From Heteronotia binoei (Eukaryota), in assembly GCF_032191835.1 (NCBI RefSeq), contig NC_083240.1, positions 13,454,001 through 13,518,000 on the forward strand: a stretch of DNA of 64,000 nt. The letters are read 5' to 3'. This document shows, one piece after another, positions 47,876 to 55,685 of the stretch; position 1 is the first letter of the stretch; each line of letters opens with the position of its first letter. The notes below the pieces were generated by a model that worked only from the letters and a program-made list of their open reading frames with translations, made no database searches and had not been told where the DNA came from. Made by a program: the position numbers and the translations under genes.

Positions 47876-48097
47876 CGGACAACACCTACCTCGTTGCGTT
47901 CCTCCTCTGGCTCGTCTCTTGGTATCGTACTACTCCTCCCTTTTCTTCACTATTTACTCTATTTTTTCCTTCTTCGTCCCATTAATATAAAAAAAAAAAA
48001 AAAAAAGGTTACCCGATTCTGCGCTTCAGCCTTTTTTCTTTCTACCCCCCCCCCCTCTTCTCGTCTCTCCCTTCCCTCCTTCCCCTGTCCGGAACGA

Positions 48098-50614
48098 ATG
48101 GAAGGGAAAATCACCTTTAAAAGGTGCAGGCAGTGTGGTTCTAAAATTCCGTCCTCGGACGGTCATTCACTCTGCCTTTTTTGCTTGGGGGAATCCCACA
48201 GAACCGATAACTGCCACCACTGTGCTTGCTTCGGCAAGCAGGCGCGCAAGAACAGAGCAGCCCGCCTTCGTAGTTTCCTCATGGAATCCTCTCTACGCGC
48301 AGTGTCTACTTCAGATCCGCCGCCTCCCCCACTGAGAGCGGGAGATTCGGCAACTTCGGCCCTTCCTACCGTACCTAGGAAGCATAAGTCCGATAAAAAG
48401 GCTTCTAAGCACTCTGAGGGTCACAAGGCGCCCAAACAGACTCGTCATGGCGAATCCAGCCTGTCGAAGCCACACCACTCGGGCCCGAAAACCTCCAGCC
48501 CGACCACTTCGGCGCCTAAGAAGCATCACGACCCGTCGGCTTCTACCTCCGTGCATACTTCCGCCTTTGCTACGGCTGCGCAATCGTCCGCATCGACCGC
48601 CCAAACGGCCTCCGCGCAATCGAATCCGATTCTACCTATTGAACTCTCGGCTCCTTCCGATGTTATCTCGGAAATGCCTCGCCTCACTCAACCCTCTATC
48701 GAAGTGATTCCGATTGGCTCGAGATCGCCCTCGGTTCACAGCCTTCCTCCTGATGATATCCTCGACACCGAGGCTCCACTTCTCGGACCCGAATCCTTCC
48801 TCGACGTCACAACGCCAGTGCAGAAGGACATTACGACTCCATTGCTTAAAGACACGGCAGCACCACTGCTAAAGGAGTCCTCGACACAAGTTTCCTCTCA
48901 TCGGCTCCGACCTGGATCCCCACGGGCCCGCTCTCGCTTGCGGTCTCCGCTTCGTCCGAGATCTCCGTTCAGAGATCGTCCCTACTCTCCGCATCGATCT
49001 CCGCGTCGTCACGACTACCAGGACCCTCGCCGTGATCGCTCCCGGTCCCGGTATGGTGACTACCTCCGTGACTACCCACGAGACCGTTCTCCTTCTCGGT
49101 CTCCATCACCTCGACTTCACTCGCGCTACCATCGGTACCTGCGTTCACCATCGCACCACAGCTATAGGCATCTCTCCGACTTCGATCCCGAGCCTCTCCC
49201 CAGAGATGTTTATATGCCTCGACTCAGGGATTATTATTCACCCGGAACCCGCGACTACTACCGTTCACGCGACCAACGATCTCCTTATTACCGCCACCTG
49301 TCACCAGATTGCTACGATGATTACCAACACTACTACTCTCCCCGAGAAGAACCAAACCCTCGCACCCGAGATGATGCGGCAGCCCTTCGGACCCGAGACG
49401 TCTTCGACTCCCAGACTGCACCTGTGCAGCCTCCCGTGATTCCTCGAAACCGAGATTCTTCCAGAACAGCATCCGCATCGGTTTCCAAGCCACCGGCTTC
49501 GCCACTCAAGCGTCCCCGGGACCCTTCACCTGTTGAACCCAAGTCTCCACAACGTCCCCTCTCGGCTTCGGATAGAGACACTTCTGATCATTCCGACTCC
49601 GAGGAGGCCCCTGCCTCACCCTCATCCGACCAGCCTCCTAGGCTTTCACCATCCGACAGTTCTAAGGCCTACCTGAATCTCATTACAACCATGGCTTCCG
49701 CACTAAACATCCCTATGTCCTCCGACTCACCAAAAGTTTCGGACGTGGTCCACGACCTAGTCCGCGCAGATTTTCCAGATAGCTCCACGCTTCCTATGCT
49801 CCCTGTACACCTTGAAGGCCTCCAGGAAGCCTGGGAGAAGCCGGCTTCGATCCCTACACTTTCTCGCCGCCTGGATTCTCTTTATAGGGTGCACGTAGCT
49901 GACTGCAAATTCCTCGCATCTCACCCGGCACCCAACTCTGTCGTGGTTCATTCCGCCACCAAGACCAAACAATCTCGCCACCCCGTTCCTCCGGACCGGG
50001 AGGGTCGAAAATTGGACACTCTGGCTAAGAAAATCTACAGTTTTTCTTCAACCAACTCCAAGTTGAACAATTATTTAGCCTACTTTGCGGCTTACTCCTT
50101 CAACTTGGCTAACCAGATTACCCCTCATATTGCATCCATGCCTGACTCATCTCAGAAGACTGTGTCGTCTCTCGTCTCTGAGCTCTCCCGTGTCAATAAA
50201 CAACAAATCAACTCTATCCGCCATGCGGTCTCCTGTTCTTCTCGAATTTTTGCAACTTCGGTGGCTTTACGTCGCCACGCCTGGCTGCGCTCTACCAACT
50301 TGCAGCCGGACATCAAACAGCGTATAGAAGACCTTCCCTTCGACGGTCTGGGACTCTTCCATGCGTCCACGGACGAGGTCCTTGCATCCGTCGATGACGG
50401 CCGCAAAAGAGCCAAACGACTTGGTGTCACACAACCAACCTCACTGCCCTCTAATAGGCAGAGACCGTGGAAGCCATCCTTCCAACGCCGCCAGCGGTCT
50501 CCCAAGTCTCAAGATTTCTGGAAAAGGAAACCTCTCCCAAAGCAACCTTTTCATCAGAGGCCACGGGCCCAACCTTCTAAGAAACAATCTCAGACAGGCA
50601 AGCAGTCTCTTTGA
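48098..50614 (+). CDS. DIRS gag (838 aa): N-terminal Cys/His zinc finger, RS/RP-rich low-complexity middle, LAP2alpha-like C-terminus
   Basis: ATG 48098; Cx2Cx9Hx2Cx2Cx4Hx4Cx2C; aligns with copy 1 gag. Confidence 0.9.
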   Translation: MEGKITFKRCRQCGSKIPSSDGHSLCLFCLGESHRTDNCHHCACFGKQARKNRAARLRSFLMESSLRAVSTSDPPPPPLRAGDSATSALPTVPRKHKSDKKASKHSEGHKAPKQTRHGESSLSKPHHSGPKTSSPTTSAPKKHHDPSASTSVHTSAFATAAQSSASTAQTASAQSNPILPIELSAPSDVISEMPRLTQPSIEVIPIGSRSPSVHSLPPDDILDTEAPLLGPESFLDVTTPVQKDITTPLLKDTAAPLLKESSTQVSSHRLRPGSPRARSRLRSPLRPRSPFRDRPYSPHRSPRRHDYQDPRRDRSRSRYGDYLRDYPRDRSPSRSPSPRLHSRYHRYLRSPSHHSYRHLSDFDPEPLPRDVYMPRLRDYYSPGTRDYYRSRDQRSPYYRHLSPDCYDDYQHYYSPREEPNPRTRDDAAALRTRDVFDSQTAPVQPPVIPRNRDSSRTASASVSKPPASPLKRPRDPSPVEPKSPQRPLSASDRDTSDHSDSEEAPASPSSDQPPRLSPSDSSKAYLNLITTMASALNIPMSSDSPKVSDVVHDLVRADFPDSSTLPMLPVHLEGLQEAWEKPASIPTLSRRLDSLYRVHVADCKFLASHPAPNSVVVHSATKTKQSRHPVPPDREGRKLDTLAKKIYSFSSTNSKLNNYLAYFAAYSFNLANQITPHIASMPDSSQKTVSSLVSELSRVNKQQINSIRHAVSCSSRIFATSVALRRHAWLRSTNLQPDIKQRIEDLPFDGLGLFHASTDEVLASVDDGRKRAKRLGVTQPTSLPSNRQRPWKPSFQRRQRSPKSQDFWKRKPLPKQPFHQRPRAQPSKKQSQTGKQSL

Positions 50615-52484
50615 CTCCCCCATCAGGCATACCAGACTATCCCCTTTTTACCCGAGTTGGAGTTCCATCACCACCGACTCTTGGGTCCTCACCATCGTGC
50701 GTCTAGGTTACGCAATAGAGTTCGTTTCGCCACCACACCACCACCACTTCATAGCCACACCTCCATCTGCTCTCTTGCAGCAGGAAATTCTGGACTTGCT
50801 CCAGAAGAATGCCATAGAACCCGTTCCTCCTCAACATCGAGGCACGGGATTCTACTCAAGATACTTCCTGGTCCCCAAACGCGATGGAGGAAAGCGCCCT
50901 ATCCTAGATCTTCGGAAGCTGAACAATTTCATCGAATGCAGGAAGTTCAGAATGATCTCCCTACACACCATCCTGCCTCTTATTCCCAGGAACTCCTGGA
51001 TGGCTTCCCTAGATCTTCAGGACGCTTACTTCCACGTGACTATCCGACCTCATCATCGGAAGTATTTAAGATTCGCTATGGGGCAAGACCACTTCCAGTA
51101 CGTATCCCTGCCCTTTGGCCTCTCCACCGCACCAAGGGTATTCACCAAGTGTATGGCGGTGGTGGCAGCGGCTCTCAGACTCCGAGACATCACAGTCTTC
51201 CCATATATAGACGACTGGCTTCTCATAGCACCGACTCAGCATCGTTTGCAGACCAATATCAGCACAACGCTCTCCCTCCTCGATTCCCTGGGCCTTCGTG
51301 TGAACACATCCAAATCCCATCTCGAGCCCACGCAGGACATCAAGTTTATAGGAGCTCTCCTTCGCACCTCTCTTCACCGTGCTTTCCTTCCAGAGGATCG
51401 AGCAATCACCATCATCACCTTAGCCAGGTCAATTCAACGACAGCCCTGCCAGTCTGCATTCACAATACAACGCCTGCTGGGCCTCATGGCCGCCACGACT
51501 TCTGTCATCCACTTTGCCAAGCTACGGATGCGACATCTACAGCTCTGGTTTGTGAGAGCCTACCATCCTCTGTTGCAACCGCAGAGCACCCTACTCACGG
51601 TTCCCCAGAGAGCTCTCTCATCCCTTACCTGGTGGACGGTACCCAGCAATCTTCTCGCGGGCATGCCGTTCCTACCGATGCCTCCAGTAGCTGTTGTGAC
51701 AACAGATGCCTCAAAGTGGGGATGGGGAGCCCACTTACAGGACAAGACCGTCAGAGGCCTTTGGACGCCCTCCGAGAGGGCCATGCACATAAACTGCTTA
51801 GAACTGATTGCCGTACACAGGGCCCTCTTATCCTTTCTTCCCCTGATCAACGGGAGCCATGTCCAGATCTCAACGGACAACATGGCAACTGTCTATTACA
51901 TCAACAAGCAAGGGGGAACCAAGTCTCTCAGACTTTGCCGTATAGCCATCGTGCTCTGGGAATGGTGTCTGGAGCACAACATCCATTTGACCGCCGTTCA
52001 CCTCCCAGGCGTAGACAATGTTCTGGCCGACTCTCTGAGCAGGTTTCGTCTGGACGACCACGAGTGGTCCCTCAATCCAACCTACCTCCGACGCATTTTC
52101 AGATGCTTCGGAACACCCATGGTGGATGCCTTTGCTTCACGGGACAATGCCAAATGCCCACGCTATTTCTCCAGAAGGGAGAACGACGCCTTCCTACACA
52201 GATGGACGGGCCCCCTCCACTACATCTTCCCACCAACCCCCCTACTGACTCGGGTTCTGACGAAGATCACACGAGACGGCACGGACTGCATCCTGGTAGC
52301 CCCCTGGTGGCCACGGCAACCATGGTTTACGAGACTTCTCCAGTTATCTCATCACACCTACCGTCGCCTTCCTCTCGTGAGCGACCTCTTGTCCCAAGCC
52401 AATGGTCAGATATTGCACCACAATCCTCAAGTACTGGCCCTAACGGCCTGGAGAATTCGACCTCCCACCTCTCCGCAGAGGTAG
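50394..52484 (+). CDS. DIRS pol ORF: RT, RNase H, MT
   Basis: Same intact motifs as copy 1; ATG 50394 is homologous to ATG 716 (frame also open from 50361); true start uncertain. Confidence 0.92.
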   Translation: MTAAKEPNDLVSHNQPHCPLIGRDRGSHPSNAASGLPSLKISGKGNLSQSNLFIRGHGPNLLRNNLRQASSLFDSPIRHTRLSPFYPSWSSITTDSWVLTIVRLGYAIEFVSPPHHHHFIATPPSALLQQEILDLLQKNAIEPVPPQHRGTGFYSRYFLVPKRDGGKRPILDLRKLNNFIECRKFRMISLHTILPLIPRNSWMASLDLQDAYFHVTIRPHHRKYLRFAMGQDHFQYVSLPFGLSTAPRVFTKCMAVVAAALRLRDITVFPYIDDWLLIAPTQHRLQTNISTTLSLLDSLGLRVNTSKSHLEPTQDIKFIGALLRTSLHRAFLPEDRAITIITLARSIQRQPCQSAFTIQRLLGLMAATTSVIHFAKLRMRHLQLWFVRAYHPLLQPQSTLLTVPQRALSSLTWWTVPSNLLAGMPFLPMPPVAVVTTDASKWGWGAHLQDKTVRGLWTPSERAMHINCLELIAVHRALLSFLPLINGSHVQISTDNMATVYYINKQGGTKSLRLCRIAIVLWEWCLEHNIHLTAVHLPGVDNVLADSLSRFRLDDHEWSLNPTYLRRIFRCFGTPMVDAFASRDNAKCPRYFSRRENDAFLHRWTGPLHYIFPPTPLLTRVLTKITRDGTDCILVAPWWPRQPWFTRLLQLSHHTYRRLPLVSDLLSQANGQILHHNPQVLALTAWRIRPPTSPQR

Positions 52485-53482
52485 CCCACGTTATTCTAAA
52501 CGCTAGGAAGCCCTCCACAAGGCTTTCGTACCAAAGGAAATGGAAACGCTTCTGTTCATTCGCGACTGCTAACCATCTACTCCCAGAATCAGTACCTCTC
52601 AATATGATCCTGGAGTATTTACTTTCCCTACAGAAATCAGGACTCTGTTACTCATCCTTGAAAGTTCATCTCTCTGCCATCTCTGCGTTCCACAACCCGG
52701 TAGACGGCAAAACAGTTTTTTCTCATTCCTTGTCCAAGTCTTTTCTCAAGGGCATGTTGCACCTCAATCCACCCGTTAAACCCCTTGTCCCAACTTGGAG
52801 TTTATCCCTAGTTCTTTCCTCGCTTATGAAAGCACCATTTGAACCTATGGCTACCATAGACCTCAGTCTCCTCTCCTGGAAGACAGCATTGCTGATTGCC
52901 CTTACCTCTGGAAAACGGGCAAGTGACTTATGCGCCTTCCGCCACGACCCTCCCTACACCATTTTTCACAAGGAAAAGGTTGTCCTCAGACCGGACCCTG
53001 CGTTCCTTCCTAAGGTTGTCTCCCAGTTCCACTTATCGACTGCGACCTCTCTGCCGACCTTTTTTCCAAACCCAACAGATCACGGACAACGGGCCCTGCA
53101 TTCGCTGGATGCAAGAAGGGCTTTATCCTTCTACCTTGATCGTACACGGCCTTTCCGTAAGGACCCTAATCTATTTGTGGCATACGGAAACCCCTGCAGG
53201 GGACTCAAAATCTCTACCCAGAGACTATCTAAATGGGTAGTTAGCGCCATTAGGCTGTGCTACGAACTGGCTAAGCAGCCTCTGCCCGAAGGCCTTAAGG
53301 CTCACTCTACCAGAGCGGTCTCGACGTCTTCGGCTTTTTTGCACGGCGTCTCCCTAGAGGACATCTGTGCTGCTGCATCGTGGTCCTCTCCCTCCACGTT
53401 CGTCTCCCATTATGCGTTGGACGTTCGTGCAAGACGTGACGCCTCCTTCGGCCAAGCGGTCCTCAGATCCATCTTTCACTGA
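50615..53482 (+). CDS. DIRS ORF3 / tyrosine recombinase
   Basis: Open from the codon after the gag TGA; R, AHSTR, W, Y catalytic residues intact. Confidence 0.9.
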   Translation, partial: LPHQAYQTIPFLPELEFHHHRLLGPHHRASRLRNRVRFATTPPPLHSHTSICSLAAGNSGLAPEECHRTRSSSTSRHGILLKILPGPQTRWRKAPYPRSSEAEQFHRMQEVQNDLPTHHPASYSQELLDGFPRSSGRLLPRDYPTSSSEVFKIRYGARPLPVRIPALWPLHRTKGIHQVYGGGGSGSQTPRHHSLPIYRRLASHSTDSASFADQYQHNALPPRFPGPSCEHIQIPSRAHAGHQVYRSSPSHLSSPCFPSRGSSNHHHHLSQVNSTTALPVCIHNTTPAGPHGRHDFCHPLCQATDATSTALVCESLPSSVATAEHPTHGSPESSLIPYLVDGTQQSSRGHAVPTDASSSCCDNRCLKVGMGSPLTGQDRQRPLDALREGHAHKLLRTDCRTQGPLILSSPDQREPCPDLNGQHGNCLLHQQARGNQVSQTLPYSHRALGMVSGAQHPFDRRSPPRRRQCSGRLSEQVSSGRPRVVPQSNLPPTHFQMLRNTHGGCLCFTGQCQMPTLFLQKGERRLPTQMDGPPPLHLPTNPPTDSGSDEDHTRRHGLHPGSPLVATATMVYETSPVISSHLPSPSSRERPLVPSQWSDIAPQSSSTGPNGLENSTSHLSAEVAHVILNARKPSTRLSYQRKWKRFCSFATANHLLPESVPLNMILEYLLSLQKSGLCYSSLKVHLSAISAFHNPVDGKTVFSHSLSKSFLKGMLHLNPPVKPLVPTWSLSLVLSSLMKAPFEPMATIDLSLLSWKTALLIALTSGKRASDLCAFRHDPPYTIFHKEKVVLRPDPAFLPKVVSQFHLSTATSLPTFFPNPTDHGQRALHSLDARRALSFYLDRTRPFRKDPNLFVAYGNPCRGLKISTQRLSKWVVSAIRLCYELAKQPLPEGLKAHSTRAVSTSSAFLHGVSLEDICAAASWSSPSTFVSHYALDVRARRDASFGQAVLRSIFH

Positions 53483-53488
53483 AATGGG

Positions 53489-53564
53489 GTGAGTGTATCC
53501 GCTTATGTCTCTATGTCATACAATCTTTGCCTTAGGCCATGTGACTAACCTTTTTCTTCTCCAG
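53489..53564 (+). other. Putative spliceosomal intron in DIRS 3' UTR (76 nt)
   Basis: G|GTGAGT, TGACTAAC at 53542-53549, pyrimidine tract, CAG. Confidence 0.7.
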
Positions 53565-53597
53565 CACCCTCCTCCAGGACACTTAGCTGGCTAGTCA

Positions 53598-53693
53598 CCC
53601 ATGTGTGGGACTGCACAGAGACCACGAAGAAGATAAACAGGTTGCTTACCTGTAACTGATGATCTTCGAGTGGTCATCTGTGCAGTCACACAC
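53598..53693 (+). repeat. DIRS ICR, copy 2
   Basis: Complementary to both element ends; junction at 53634/53635. Confidence 0.95.
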
Positions 53694-53762
53694 GCCCACC
53701 CAGCCTTCCCCGCTGCTGGCTTTTGGTACTTCTTGTCTTACCTTTTTAGTCTCTCTGCCAGT

Positions 53763-53983
53763 GGCGGCTGGAAGAAACTGAGTGGAATAGGCGCTCTCCC
53801 CCCGCTCCAGGCATGCGCAGTCGCTGCCTGCTCCCCAGGGCGGGAGGAAAGCGCGCCAAAAGACGTTATAAACGAGCTATTGGAGCTCCGAGGTACGGAT
53901 CCGTTGCCTGCGGCAAGACCCCATGTGTGTGACTGCACAGATGACCACTCGAAGATCATCAGTTACAGGTAAGCAACCTGTTT
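53763..53983 (+). repeat. DIRS right ITR with terminal extension
   Basis: Inverted match to left ITR. Confidence 0.95.
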
Positions 53984-54014
53984 TTCTCTCTCCTTTCCTT
54001 GACTCCCCCTACAT

Positions 54015-54144
54015 GTGGTTGAAGCAAACCTTCGACGAGGCAGATAAAAACGGCGATGGCAGCCTGAGCATCAACGAAGTTCTCCAGCTGATGCACAAAC
54101 TGAACGTCAACCTGCCCCGGCAGAAGGTCAAGCAGATGTTCAAG
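54015..54144 (+). CDS. PLCH2: PLCH2 exon, first EF-hand (QWLKQTFDEADKNGDGSLSINEVLQLMHKLNVNLPRQKVKQMFK)
   Basis: DKNGDGSLSINE EF loop; AAG|GTGAGG donor; later exons not found in the window. Confidence 0.96.
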
Positions 54145-54859
54145 GTGAGGCGCAGGCCGTGTCTTAATGAGAAGGCGGCAGGCGGCATTCCAGGATGACC
54201 AACCGTGGTAGAAAGCAATCCCAGACAGCTTGCTTTCCTGCTCCCTTCTCCCCGTGGGTCCGTGTCATGCATTTCCAGGCACTGTTCCTAACACCAGATG
54301 CTGTCGGTTTCATGTTTTTCTATAAAGCAGTGCTCCCTGTTGAGTCTGGTTAGTTTCTAGAACTGCTGCACAGTCTTGCCTGCTGTGAAATGCTGAGAAG
54401 TTCAAGCAGTGGAGTCACTTCTTTTAACGCTTCTGTCTGTTAAACGCTCCTTGCAAGCAGAAAACCAGCCCAGCAGGTGAAGTGCAGGCCTAGAATCTTT
54501 CAATGTGCTGCCGTTTTTCTCGCAGAGAAAGTTTTTACTTGCAAGATAAAAAAAAAATGATATCTTCTGCCTACGGCAGGTAGTCTGGTCTACTATCTCA
54601 GGAGTCTACTGGGTCATTCCTACCTCATTCTGAGGCATATGTAGACCTAGGATGAATAATACCCTAGGTCAAGGGTGGCCATGTTGTGGCTTGACAGCCA
54701 CATGTGGCTCTTTCACACGTATTATGTGGCTCTTGAAGCTCCACTTCCCTATCGGCCAGCTTGGAGAGAGCATTTGTCTTTTTAAATCACTTCTCCAAGC
54801 CAAGCCAGCCAGCAGTTAGGAAAATGCATTTAAAGTCAAAGTTGCCTTCTTTTCACCTC

Positions 54860-55071
54860 NNNNNNNNNNNNNNNNNNNNNNNNNNNNNNNNNNNNNNNNN
54901 NNNNNNNNNNNNNNNNNNNNNNNNNNNNNNNNNNNNNNNNNNNNNNNNNNNNNNNNNNNNNNNNNNNNNNNNNNNNNNNNNNNNNNNNNNNNNNNNNNNN
55001 NNNNNNNNNNNNNNNNNNNNNNNNNNNNNNNNNNNNNNNNNNNNNNNNNNNNNNNNNNNNNNNNNNNNNNN
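54860..55071. other. Assembly gap or masked run (N) inside a hAT MITE (about 54670-55150)
   Basis: N run. Confidence 1.
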
Positions 55072-55369
55072 AAACGTGTGACGTTCCTATCTTACGGCTC
55101 TCAAACATCTGATGTTTATTCTATGTTAAGCAAATTTCGCCACCTCTGCTCTAGCTTGCGCTTCTTAGACCAACAGGGGGAAACCTAGGAGAGTTTCTAA
55201 AGCTTGCACTATTTGTTAAGAAGTATTGTCATTTTGATCCTGGACACCTGGGCCCAGGTAACAAAATCAGCACTCAGAAAAACAGGAAGATTTCTGATTT
55301 GTGTGTGCGCTGCGAGCTGCCAGGTCACCTCTAGCACATGGCAACCCTATGAATTAATGACCTATGGAA

Positions 55370-55563
55370 TGTCCTGACCTGGGTAACCCAGGCTAGCCTG
55401 ATCTTATCAGATCTCAAAAACTAAGCAGGGTCAGCCCTGCCTAGAATTTGGATGGGAGACCAACAAGGAAAACCAGGATCGCGATGTGGAGACAGGCAAT
55501 GGCAAACTACCCCTGAGCGCCTCTTGCCTTGAAAACCCCCAAGGGGTCAGCTGTGACTTGATG
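55370..55563 (+). mobile_element. 5S rRNA-derived SINE with RTE-like tail
   Basis: GATCTCAAAAACTAAGCAGGGTCAG..TTGGATGGGAGACC closely follows 5S rRNA, then diverges. Confidence 0.78.
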
Positions 55564-55685
55564 GGTGGGGGGAAGAGCCTTGCTCAGCTCTTGTGGACTG
55601 AATTTCTACCCCAACTTTGAGCTCCATACCCAAACATAAGCGGGAAGTCTTGTCAAGACTTTCCAAAGCTGCTCAGGCTAGGACA

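Larger units (their letters stand above)
47678..53983 (+). mobile_element. Complete DIRS1-like retrotransposon, copy 2 (6.3 kb)
   Basis: Left ITR, gag, pol, YR, ICR, right ITR; ends defined by the ICR junction ...GCAACCTGTTT|ATCTTCTTCG... Confidence 0.97.
45166..54014 (+). other. U12-type (minor spliceosome) intron with GT...AT termini
   Basis: 5' GTATCCTT; branch TTCCTTGAC at 53995-54003, 12 nt from the end; only the CAT|GTGG junction restores D-Q-W-L-K-Q. Confidence 0.85.

Noticed and set aside
47516-48097. ORF track extends gag to 1032 aa from a TTG outside the element
   Set aside because: It starts in flanking repeat DNA and crosses the ITR and poly-pyrimidine/poly-A UTR; ATG 48098 directly before the zinc finger is the plausible start.
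53598-53693. On the circle junction (minus strand of the ICR), GTAAG...TGTGCAG looks like an intron
   Set aside because: Only 39 nt, below the usual vertebrate minimum intron size.
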